DNA from: Balanoglossus misakiensis
Lineage: Eukaryota > Animalia > Hemichordata
Direction of reading: 5' to 3'
NCBI GenBank assembly: GCA_040954595.2
Contig: CM082579.2
Span: forward strand, 14,484,550 to 14,548,549
DNA length: 64,000 nucleotides
The position numbers were made by a program, and so were the translations under genes. Below the pieces are notes generated by a model, which had not been told where the DNA came from, did no database searches, and saw only the letters and a list, made by a program, of their open reading frames with translations. Positions within the stretch are counted from its first letter, which is position 1. Each line of letters opens with the position of its first letter. Shown here piece by piece: positions 1-12,668 of this stretch.

Positions 1-3000
1 CGACTTTGCAAAATCTCAAAATTTCGTCAATTTTTGAAAAAAAATCATGGGTGAAAATCATCAAAAAATGACAAATTTTCGTCTTTGCAAAATCTCAAAA
101 TTTCGTCCATTTCTGAAAAAAAATTATGGGTAAAAATCATCAAAAATGACAAATTTTCATCTTTGCAAAATCCCAAATTTTCGTCGATTTTTGAAAAAAA
201 ATCATGGTTGAAAATCATCAAAAAATGACAAAATTTTCGACTTTGCAAAATCTCAAAATTTGGTCGATTTTTGAAAAAAATCATTGGGGAAAATCATGAA
301 AAAATGACAAATTCTCCTCTTTGCAAAATCTCAAAATTTCGTCGATTTTTGAAAAAAAATCATGGGTGAAAATCATCAAAAAATAACAAATTTTCGACTT
401 TGCAAAATCTCAAAATTTCGTCCATTTTTGAAAAAAAATCATGGGTGAAAATCATCAAAAAATGACAAATTTTCGTCTTTGCAAAATCTCAAATTTTCGT
501 CGATTTTTGAAAAAAATCATGGGGGAAAATCATGAAAAAATGACAAATTTTCCTCTTTGCAAAATCTCAAAATTTCGTCGTTTTATGAAAAAAAATCATG
601 GGTGAAAATCATCAAAAAATAACAAATTTTCGACTTTGCAAAATCTCAAAATTTCGTCCATTTTTGAAAAAAAATCATGGGTAAAAATCATCAAAAAATG
701 ACAAATTTTAAAAAAAAAACGGGTGAAAATCATCAAAAAATGACACATTTTCGACTTTGCAAAATCTCAAAATTTCGTCAATTTTTGAAAAAAAATCATG
801 GGTGAAAATCATCAAAAAATGACAAATTTTCGTCTTTGCAAAATCTCAAAATTTCGTCCATTTCTGAAAAAAAATTATGGGTAAAAATCATCAAAAATGA
901 CAAATTTTCATCTTTGCAAAATCCCAAATTTTCGTCGATTTTTGAAAAAAAATCATGGTTGAAAATCATCAAAAAATGACAAAATTTTCGACTTTGCAAA
1001 ATCTCAAAATTTGGTCGATTTTTGAAAAAAATCATTGGGGAAAATCATGAAAAAATGACAAATTCTCCTCTTTGCAAAATCTCAAAATTTCGTCGATTTT
1101 TGAAAAAAATCATGGGTGAAAATCATGAAAAAATGACAAATTTTCCTCTTTGCAAAATATCAAAATTTCGTCGTTTTATGAAAAAAAATCATGGGTGAAA
1201 ATCATCAAAAAATGACAAATTTTCGTCTTTGCAAAATCTCAAAATTTCGTCCATTTTTGAAAAAAAAATCATGGGTAAAAATCATCAAAAATGACAAATT
1301 TTCGTCTTTGCAAAATCTCAAATTTTCGTCGATTTTTGAAAAAAATCATGGGGGAAAATCATGAAAAAATGACAAATTTTCGTCTTTGCAAAATCTCAAA
1401 TTTTCGTCGATTTTTGAAAAAAATCATGGGGGAAAATCATGAAAAAATGACAAATTTTCCTCTTTGCAAAATCTCAAAATTTCGTCGTTTTATGAAAAAA
1501 AATCATGGGTGAAAATCATCAAAAAATAACAAATTTTCGACTTTGCAAAATCTCAAAATTTCGTCCATTTTTGAAAAAAAATCATGGGTAAAAATCATCA
1601 AAAAATGACAAATTTTGAAAAAAAAACGGGTGAAAATCATCAAAAAATGACACATTTTCGACTTTGCAAAATCTCAAAATTTCGTCAATTTTTGAAAAAA
1701 AATCATGGGTGAAAATCATCAAAAAATGACAAATTTTCGTCTTTGCAAAATCTCAAAATTTCGTCCATTTCTGAAAAAAAATTATGGGTAAAAATCATCA
1801 AAAATGACAAATTTTCATCTTTGCAAAATCCCAAATTTTCGTCGATTTTTGAAAAAAAATCATGGTTGAAAATCATCAAAAAATGACAAAATTTTCGACT
1901 TTGCAAAATCTCAAAATTTGGTCGATTTTTGAAAAAAATCATTGGGGAAAATCATGAAAAAATGACAAATTCTCCTCTTTGCAAAATCTCAAAATTTCGT
2001 CGATTTTTGAAAAAAAATCATGGGTGAAAATCATCAAAAAATGACAAATTTTCGTCTTTGCAAAATCTCACAATTTCGTCGATTTTGAAAAAAATCATGG
2101 GAGAAAATCATCAAAAAATGACAAATTTTCGACTTTGCAAAATCTCAACATTTCGTCGATTTAAAAAAAAAAACGGGGGAAAATCATCAAAAAATGACAA
2201 ATTTTCGACTTTGCAAAATCTCAAAATTTCGTCGATTTTTGAAAAAAATCATGGGTGAAAATCATCAAAAAATGACAAATTTTCGACTTTGCAAAATCTC
2301 AAAATTTCGTCAATTTTTGAAAAAATCATGGGTGAAAATCATCAAAAAATGACAAATTTTCGTTTTTGCAAAATCTCAAAATTTCGTCGGTTTTTGAAAA
2401 ATAATATGGGTGAAAATCATCAAAAAATGACAAATTTTTGACTGCAAAATCTCAAAATTTCGTCGATTTTTGAAAAAAATCATGGGTGAAAATCATCAAA
2501 AAATGACAAATTTTCGACTTTGCAAAATCTCAAAATTTCGTCGGTTTTGAAAAAAATCATGGGTTCGTCGATTTTTTTAAATAAAAACATGGGTAAAAAT
2601 CATCAAAAAATGACAAATGTTCGACTTTGCAAAATCTAAAAATTTCGTCGATTTTTGAAAAAAAATCATGGGTGAAAATCATCAAAAAATGACAAATTTT
2701 CGTCTTTGCAAAATCTCAAAATTTCGTCCATTTTTGAAAAAAAATCATGGGTAAAAATCATCAAAAATGACAAATTTTCGACTTTGCAAAATCTCAAAAT
2801 TTTGTTGATTTTTGAAAAAAATCATAGATGAAAATCATCAAAAAATGACAAATTTTCGACTTTGCAAAATCTCAAAATTTCGTCGATTTTTGAAGAAAAT
2901 CATGGGTGAAAATCATCAAAAAATGACAAATTTTGAAAAAAAAACGGGTGAAAATCATCAAAAAATGACAAATTTTCCTCTTTGCAAAATCTCAAAATTT

Positions 3001-6000
3001 CGTCGATTTTTGAAAAAAATCATGGGTGAAAATCATGAAAAAATGACAAATTTTCCTCTTTGCAAAATCTCAAAATTTCGTCGATTTTTGAAAAAAAATC
3101 ATGGGTGAAAATCATCAAAAAATGACAAATTTTCGTCTTTGCAAAATCTCAAAATTTCGTCCATTTTAGAAAAAAAATCATGGGTAAAAATCATCAAAAA
3201 TGACAAATTTTCATCTTTGCAAAATCCCAAATTTTCGTCGATTTTTGAAAAAAAATCATGGTTGAAAATCATCAAAAAATGACAAAATTTTCGACTTTGC
3301 AAAATCTCAAATTTTGGTCGATTTTTGAAAAAAATCATGGGGGAAAATCATGAAAAAATGACAAATTCTCCTCTTTGCAAAATCTCAAAATTTCGTCGAT
3401 TATTGAAAAAAAATCATGGGTGAAAATCATCAAAAAATGACAAATTTTCGTCTTTGCAAAATCTCAAAATTTGGTCGATTTTTGAAAAAAATCATGGGGG
3501 AAAATCATGAAAAAATGACAAATTCTCCTCTTTGCAAAATCTCAAAATTTCGTCGATTTTTGAAAAAAAATCATGGGTGAAAATCATCAAAAAATGACAA
3601 ATTTTCGTCTTTGCAAAATCTCAAAATTTCGTCCATTTTTGAAAAAAATCACGGGTGAAAATCATCAAAAAATGACAAATTTTCGACTTTGCAAAATCTC
3701 AACATTTCGTCAATTTTTGAAAAAAATCATGGGGGAAAATCATGAAAAAATGACAAATTTTCCTCTTTGCAAAATCTCAAAATTTCGTCGATTTTTAAAA
3801 AAAGACATGGGTGAAAATCATCAAAAAATAACAAATTTTCGACTTTGCAAAATCTCAAAATTTCGTCAATTTTTGAAAAAATCATGGGTGAAAATCATCA
3901 AAAAATGACAAATTTTCGTCTTTGCAAAATCTCAAAATTTCGTCGGTTTTTGAAAAATAATATGGGTGAAAATCATCAAAAAATGACAAATTTTTGACTG
4001 CAAAATCTCAAAATTTCGTCGATTTTTGAAAAAAATCATGGGTGAAAATCATCAAAAAATGACAAATTTTCGACTTTGCAAAATCTCAAAATTTCGTCGG
4101 TTTTGAAAAAAATCATGGGTTCGTCGATTTTTTTAAATAAAAACATGGGTAAAAATCATCAAAAAATGACAAATGTTCGACTTTGCAAAATCTAAAAATT
4201 TCGTCGATTTTTGAAAAAAAATCATGGGTGAAAATCATCAAAAAATGACAAATTTTCGTCTTTGCAAAATCTCAAAATTTCGTCCATTTTTGAAAAAAAA
4301 TCATGGGTAAAAATCATCAAAAATGACAAATTTTCGACTTTGCAAAATCTCAAAATTTTGTTGATTTTTGAAAAAAATCATAGATGAAAATCATCAAAAA
4401 ATGACAAATTTTCGACTTTGCAAAATCTCAAAATTTCGTCGATTTTTGAAGAAAATCATGGGTGAAAATCATCAAAAAATGACAAATTTTGAAAAAAAAA
4501 CGGGTGAAAATCATCAAAAAATGACAAATTTTCCTCTTTGCAAAATCTCAAAATTTCGTCGATTTTTGAAAAAAATCATGGGTGAAAATCATGAAAAAAT
4601 GACAAATTTTCCTCTTTGCAAAATCTCAAAATTTCGTCGATTTTTGAAAAAAAATCATGGGTGAAAATCATCAAAAAATGACAAATTTTCGTCTTTGCAA
4701 AATCTCAAAATTTCGTCCATTTTAGAAAAAAAATCATGGGTAAAAATCATCAAAAATGACAAATTTTCATCTTTGCAAAATCCCAAATTTTCGTCGATTT
4801 TTGAAAAAAAATCATGGTTGAAAATCATCAAAAAATGACAAAATTTTCGACTTTGCAAAATCTCAAATTTTGGTCGATTTTTGAAAAAAATCATGGGGGA
4901 AAATCATGAAAAAATGACAAATTCTCCTCTTTGCAAAATCTCAAAATTTCGTCGATTATTGAAAAAAAATCATGGGTGAAAATCATCAAAAAATGACAAA
5001 TTTTCGTCTTTGCAAAATCTCAAAATTTCGTCCATTTTTGAAAAAAATCACGGGTGAAAATCATCAAAAAATGACAAAATTTTCGACTTTGCAAAATCTC
5101 AAAATTTGGTCGATTTTTGAAAAAAATCATGGGGGAAAATCATGAAAAAATGACAAATTCTCCTCTTTGCAAAATCTCAAAATTTCGTCGATTTTTGAAA
5201 AAAAATCATGGGTGAAAATCATCAAAAAATGACAAATTTTCGTCTTTGCAAAATCTCAAAATTTCGTCCATTTTTGAAAAAAATCACGGGTGAAAATCAT
5301 CAAAAAATGACAAATTTTCGACTTTGCAAAATCTCAACATTTCGTCAATTTTTGAAAAAAATCATGGGGGAAAATCATGAAAAAATGACAAATTTTCCTC
5401 TTTGCAAAATCTCAAAATTTCGTCGATTTTTAAAAAAAGACATGGGTGAAAATCATCAAAAAATAACAAATTTTCGACTTTGCAAAACCTCAAAATTTCG
5501 TCCATTTTTGAAAAAAAATCATGGGTAAAAATCATCAAAAAATGACAAATTTTCGTCTTTGCAAAATCTCACAATTTCGTCGATTTTTGAAAAAAATCAT
5601 GTGTGAAAATCATCAAAAAATGACAAATTTTCGACTTTGCAAAATCTCAAAATTTCGTCAATTTTTGAAAAAATCATGGGTGAAAATCATCAAAAAATAA
5701 CAAATTTTCGTCTTTGCAAAATCTCAAAATTACGTCCATTTAAAAAAAAAATCATGTGTGAAAATCATCAAAAAATGACAAATTTTCGACTTTGCAAAAT
5801 CTCAAAATTTCGTCAATTTTTGAAAAAATCATGGGTGAAAATCATCAAAAAATAACAAATTTTCGTCTTTGCAAAATCTCAAAATTTCGTCCATTTAAAA
5901 AAAAAACATGGGGGAAAATCATCAAAAAATGACAAATTTTCGACTTTGCAAAATCTCAAAATTTCGTCGATTTTTGAAAAAAAATAAGGGTGAAAATCAT

Positions 6001-8919
6001 CAAAAAATGACAAATTTTCGACTTTGCAAAATCTCAAAATTTCGTCAGTTTTTGAAAAAAATCATGGGAGAAAATCATCAAAAAATGACAAATTTTGAAA
6101 AAAAAAACGGGTGAAAATCATCAAAAAATGACACATTTTCCTCTGCAAAATCTCAAAATTTCGTCGTTTTTTGAAAAAAAATCATTGGTGAAAATCATCA
6201 AAAAATGACAAATTTTCGTCTTTGCAAAATCTCAAAATTTCGTCCATTTTTGAAAAAAAATCATGGGTAAAAATCATCAAAAATGACAAATTTTCGTCTT
6301 TGCAAAATCTCAAAATTTCGTCCATTTTTGAAAAAAATCACGGGTGAAAATCATCAAAAAATGACAAAATTTTCGACTTTGCAAAATCTCAAAATTTGGT
6401 CGATTTTTGAAAAAAATCATGGGGGAAAATCATGAAAAAATGACAAATTCTCCTCTTTGCAAAATCTCAAAATTTCGTCGATTTTTGAAAAAAAAATCAT
6501 GGGTGAAAATCATCAAAAAATGACAAATTTTCGTCTTTGCAAAATCTCAAAATTTCGTCCATTTTTGAAAAAAATCACGGGTGAAAATCATCAAAAAATG
6601 ACAAATTTTCGACTTTGCAAAATCTCAACATTTCGTCAATTTTTGAAAAAAATCATGGGGGAAAATCATGAAAAAATGACAAATTTTCCTCTTTGCAAAA
6701 TCTCAAAATTTCGTCGATTTTTAAAAAAAGACATGGGTGAAAATCATCAAAAAATAACAAATTTTCGACTTTGCAAAACCTCAAAATTTCGTCCATTTTT
6801 GAAAAAAAATCATGGGTAAAAATCATCAAAAAATGACAAATTTTCGTCTTTGCAAAATCTCACAATTTCGTCGATTTTTGAAAAAAATCATGTGTGAAAA
6901 TCATCAAAAAATGACAAATTTTCGACTTTGCAAAATCTCAAAATTTCGTCAATTTTTGAAAAAATCATGGGTGAAAATCATCAAAAAATAACAAATTTTC
7001 GTCTTTGCAAAATCTCAAAATTACGTCCATTTAAAAAAAAAATCATGTGTGAAAATCATCAAAAAATGACAAATTTTCGACTTTGCAAAATCTCAAAATT
7101 TCGTCAATTTTTGAAAAAATCATGGGTGAAAATCATCAAAAAATAACAAATTTTCGTCTTTGCAAAATCTCAAAATTTCGTCCATTTAAAAAAAAAACAT
7201 GGGGGAAAATCATCAAAAAATGACAAATTTTCGACTTTGCAAAATCTCAAAATTTCGTCGATTTTTGAAAAAAAATAAGGGTGAAAATCATCAAAAAATG
7301 ACAAATTTTCGACTTTGCAAAATCTCAAAATTTCGTCAGTTTTTGAAAAAAATCATGGGAGAAAATCATCAAAAAATGACAAATTTTGAAAAAAAAACGG
7401 GTGAAAATCATCAAAAAATGACACATTTTCCTCTGCAAAATCTCAAAATTTCGTCGTTTTTTGAAAAAAAATCATTGGTGAAAATCATCAAAAAATGACA
7501 AATTTTCGTCTTTGCAAAATCTCAAAATTTCGTCCATTTTTGAAAAAAAATCATGGGTAAAAATCATCAAAAATGACAAATTTTCGTCTTTGCAAAATCT
7601 CAAATTTTCGTCGATTTTTGAAAAAAATCATGGGGGAAAATCATGAAAAAATGACAAATTTTCCTCTTTGCAAAATCTCAAAATTTCGTCGATTTTTGAA
7701 AAAAATCATGGGTGAAAATCATGAAAAAATGACAAATTTTCCTCTTTGCAAAATATCAAAATTTCGTCGTTTTATGAAAAAAAATCATGGGTGAAAATCA
7801 TCAAAAAATGACAAATTTTCGTCTTTGCAAAATCTCAAAATTTCGTCCATTTTTGAAAAAAAATCATGGGTAAAAATCATCAAAAATGACAAATTTTCGT
7901 CTTTGCAAAATCTCAAATTTTCGTCGATTTTTGAAAAAAATCATGGGGGAAAATCATGAAAAAATGACAAATTTTCCTCTTTGCAAAATCTCAAAATTTC
8001 GTCGTTTTATGAAAAAAAATCATGGGTGAAAATCATCAAAAAATAACAAATTTTCGACTTTGCAAAATCTCAAAATTTCGTCCATTTTTGAAAAAAAATC
8101 ATGGGTAAAAATCATCAAAAAATGACAAATTTTGAAAAAAAAACGGGTGAAAATCATCAAAAAATGACACATTTTCGACTTTGCAAAATCTCAAAATTTC
8201 GTCAATTTTTGAAAAAAAATCATGGGTGAAAATCATCAAAAAATGACAAATTTTCGTCATTGCAAAATCTCAAAATTTCGTCCATTTCTGAAAAAAAATT
8301 ATGGGTAAAAATCATCAAAAATGACAAATTTTCATCTTTGCAAAATCCCAAATTTTCGTCGATTTTTGAAAAAAAATCATGGTTGAAAATCATCAAAAAA
8401 TGACAAAATTTTCGACTTTGCAAAATCTCAAAATTTGGTCGATTTTTGAAAAAAATCATTGGGGAAAATCATGAAAAAATGACAAATTCTCCTCTTTGCA
8501 AAATCTCAAAATTTCGTCGATTTTTGAAAAAAAATCATGGGTGAAAATCATCAAAAAATGACAAATTTTCGTCTTTGCAAAATCTCACAATTTCGTCGAT
8601 TTTTGAAAAAAATCATGGGAGAAAATCATCAAAAAATGACAAATTTTCGACTTTGCAAAATCTCAACATTTCGTCGATTTTAAAAAAAAAACTGGGGAAA
8701 ATCATCAAAAAATGACAAATTTTCGACTTTGCAAAATCTCAAAATTTCGTCGATTTTTGAAAAAAATCATGGGTGAAAATCATCAAAAAATGACAAATTT
8801 TCGACTTTGCAAAATCTCAAAATTTCGTCAATTTTTGAAAAAATCATGGGTGAAAATCATCAAAAAATGACAAATTTTCGACTTTACAAAATCTCAAAAT
8901 TTCGTCGATTTTTGAAAAA

Positions 8920-11900
8920 AATCATCAAAAAATGACAAATTTTCGTCTTTGCAAAATCTCAAAATTTCGTCCATTTTTGAAAAAAAATCATGGGTAAAAA
9001 TCATCAAAAATGACAAATTTTCGTCTTTGCAAAATCTCAAATTTTCGTCGATTTTTGAAAAAAATCATGGGGGAAAATCATGAAAAAATGACAAATTTTC
9101 CTCTTTGCAAAATCTCAAAATTTCGTCGTTTTATGAAAAAAAATCATGGGTGAAAATCATCAAAAAATAACAAATTTTCGACTTTGCAAAATCTCAAAAT
9201 TTCGTCCATTTTTGAAAAAAAATCATGGGTAAAAATCATCAAAAAATGACAAATTTTGAAAAAAAAACGGGTGAAAATCATCAAAAAATGACACATTTTC
9301 GACTTTGCAAAATCTCAAAATTTCGTCAATTTTTGAAAAAAAATCATGGGTGAAAATCATCAAAAAATGACAAATTTTCGTCATTGCAAAATCTCAAAAT
9401 TTCGTCCATTTCTGAAAAAAAATTATGGGTAAAAATCATCAAAAATGACAAATTTTCATCTTTGCAAAATCCCAAATTTTCGTCGATTTTTGAAAAAAAA
9501 TCATGGTTGAAAATCATCAAAAAATGACAAAATTTTCGACTTTGCAAAATCTCAAAATTTGGTCGATTTTTGAAAAAAATCATTGGGGAAAATCATGAAA
9601 AAATGACAAATTCTCCTCTTTGCAAAATCTCAAAATTTCGTCGATTTTTGAAAAAAAATCATGGGTGAAAATCATCAAAAAATGACAAATTTTCGTCTTT
9701 GCAAAATCTCACAATTTCGTCGATTTTTGAAAAAAATCATGGGAGAAAATCATCAAAAAATGACAAATTTTCGACTTTGCAAAATCTCAACATTTCGTCG
9801 ATTTTAAAAAAAAAACTGGGGAAAATCATCAAAAAATGACAAATTTTCGACTTTGCAAAATCTCAAAATTTCGTCGATTTTTGAAAAAAATCATGGGTGA
9901 AAATCATCAAAAAATGACAAATTTTCGACTTTGCAAAATCTCAAAATTTCGTCAATTTTTGAAAAAATCATGGGTGAAAATCATCAAAAAATGACAAATT
10001 TTCGTCTTTGCAAAATCTCAAAATTTCGTCGGTTTTTGAAAAATAATATGGGTGAAAATCATCAAAAAATGACAAATTTTTGACTGCAAAATCTCAAAAT
10101 TTCGTCGATTTTTGAAAAAAATCATGGGTGAAAATCATCAAAAAATGACAAATTTTCGACTTTGCAAAATCTCAAAATTTCGTCGGTTTTGAAAAAAATC
10201 ATGGGTTCGTCGATTTTTTTAAATAAAAACATGGGTAAAAATCATCAAAAAATGACAAATGTTCGACTTTGCAAAATCTAAAAATTTCGTCGATTTTTGA
10301 AAAAAAATCATGGGTGAAAATCATCAAAAAATGACAAATTTTCGTCTTTGCAAAATCTCAAAATTTCGTCCATTTTTGAAAAAAAATCATGGGTAAAAAT
10401 CATCAAAAATGACAAATTTTCGACTTTGCAAAATCTCAAAATTTCGTCAATTTTTGAAAAAATCATGGGTGAAAATCATCAAAAAATGACAAATTTTCGT
10501 CTTTGCAAAATCTCAAAATTTCGTCGGTTTTTGAAAAATAATATGGGTGAAAATCATCAAAAAATGACAAATTTTTGACTGCAAAATCTCAAAATTTCGT
10601 CGATTTTTGAAAAAAATCATGGGTGAAAATCATCAAAAAATGACAAATTTTCGACTTTGCAAAATCTCAAAATTTCGTCGGTTTTGAAAAAAATCATGGG
10701 TTCGTCGATTTTTTTAAATAAAAACATGGGTAAAAATCATCAAAAAATGACAAATGTTCGACTTTGCAAAATCTAAAAATTTCGTCGATTTTTGAAAAAA
10801 AATCATGGGTGAAAATCATCAAAAAATGACAAATTTTCGTCTTTGCAAAATCTCAAAATTTCGTCCATTTTTGAAAAAAAATCATGGGTAAAAATCATCA
10901 AAAATGACAAATTTTCGACTTTGCAAAATCTCAAAATTTTGTTGATTTTTGAAAAAAATCATAGATGAAAATCATCAAAAAATGACAAATTTTCGACTTT
11001 GCAAAATCTCAAAATTTCGTCGATTTTTGAAGAAAATCATGGGTGAAAATCATCAAAAAATGACAAATTTTGAAAAAAAAACGGGTGAAAATCATCAAAA
11101 AATGACAAATTTTCCTCTTTGCAAAATCTCAAAATTTCGTCGATTTTTGAAAAAAATCATGGGTGAAAATCATGAAAAAATGACAAATTTTCCTCTTTGC
11201 AAAATCTCAAAATTTCGTCGATTTTTGAAAAAAAATCATGGGTGAAAATCATCAAAAAATGACAAATTTTCGTCTTTGCAAAATCTCAAAATTTCGTCCA
11301 TTTTAGAAAAAAAATCATGGGTAAAAATCATCAAAAATGACAAATTTTCATCTTTGCAAAATCCCAAATTTTCGTCGATTTTTGAAAAAAAATCATGGTT
11401 GAAAATCATCAAAAAATGACAAAATTTTCGACTTTGCAAAATCTCAAATTTTGGTCGATTTTTGAAAAAAATCATGGGGGAAAATCATGAAAAAATGACA
11501 AATTCTCCTCTTTGCAAAATCTCAAAATTTCGTCGATTTTTGAAAAAAAATCATGGGTGAAAATCATCAAAAAATGACAAATTTTCGTCTTTGCATAATC
11601 TCAAAATTTCGTCCATTTTTGAAAAAAATCACGGGTGAAAATCATCAAAAAATGACAAAATTTTCGACTTTGCAAAATCTCAAAATTTGGTCGATTTTTG
11701 AAAAAAATCATGGGGGAAAATCATGAAAAAATGACAAATTCTCCTCTTTGCAAAATCTCAAAATTTCGTCGATTTTTGAAAAAAAATCATGGGTGAAAAT
11801 CATCAAAAAATGACAAATTTTCGTCTTTGCAAAATCTCAAAATTTCGTCCATTTTTGAAAAAAATCACGGGTGAAAATCATCAAAAAATGACAAATTTTC

Positions 11901-12668
11901 GACTTTGCAAAATCTCAACATTTCGTCAATTTTTGAAAAAAATCATGGGGGAAAATCATGAAAAAATGACAAATTTTCCTCTTTGCAAAATCTCAAAATT
12001 TCGTCGATTTTTAAAAAAAGACATGGGTGAAAATCATCAAAAAATAACAAATTTTCGACTTTGCAAAACCTCAAAATTTCGTCCATTTTTGAAAAAAAAT
12101 CATGGGTAAAAATCATCAAAAAATGACAAATTTTCGTCTTTGCAAAATCTCACAATTTCGTCGATTTTTGAAAAAAATCATGTGTGAAAATCATCAAAAA
12201 ATGACAAATTTTCGACTTTGCAAAATCTCAAAATTTCGTCAATTTTTGAAAAAATCATGGGTGAAAATCATCAAAAAATAACAAATTTTCGTCTTTGCAA
12301 AATCTCAAAATTACGTCCATTTAAAAAAAAAAACATGGGGGAAAATCATCAAAAAATGACAAATTTTCGACTTTGCAAAATCTCAAAATTTCGTCGATTT
12401 TTGAAAAAAATCATGGGTGAAAATCATCAAAAAATGACAAATTTTCGACTTTGCAAAATCTCAAAATTTCGTCAATTTTTGAAAAAAATCATGGGAGAAA
12501 ATCATCAAAAAATGACACATTTTCCTCTGCAAAATCTCAAAATTTCGTCGATTTTTGAAAAAAATCATGGGTGAAAATCATGAAAAAATGACAAATTTTC
12601 CTCTTTGCAAAATATCAAAATTTCGTCGTTTTATGAAAAAAAATCATGGGTGAAAATCATCAAAAAAT
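8920..12668 (+). repeat. ~3.75-kb intra-array segmental duplication, copy 1 (copy 2 lies +6892 bp away)
   Basis: Identical ORFs recur at a constant 6892-bp offset (9344/16236, 10348/17240, 10949/17841, 11236/18128, 11789/18681, 12218/19110). The rare variant TTGCATAATC is shared at ~11591 and ~18483. Confidence 0.9.
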
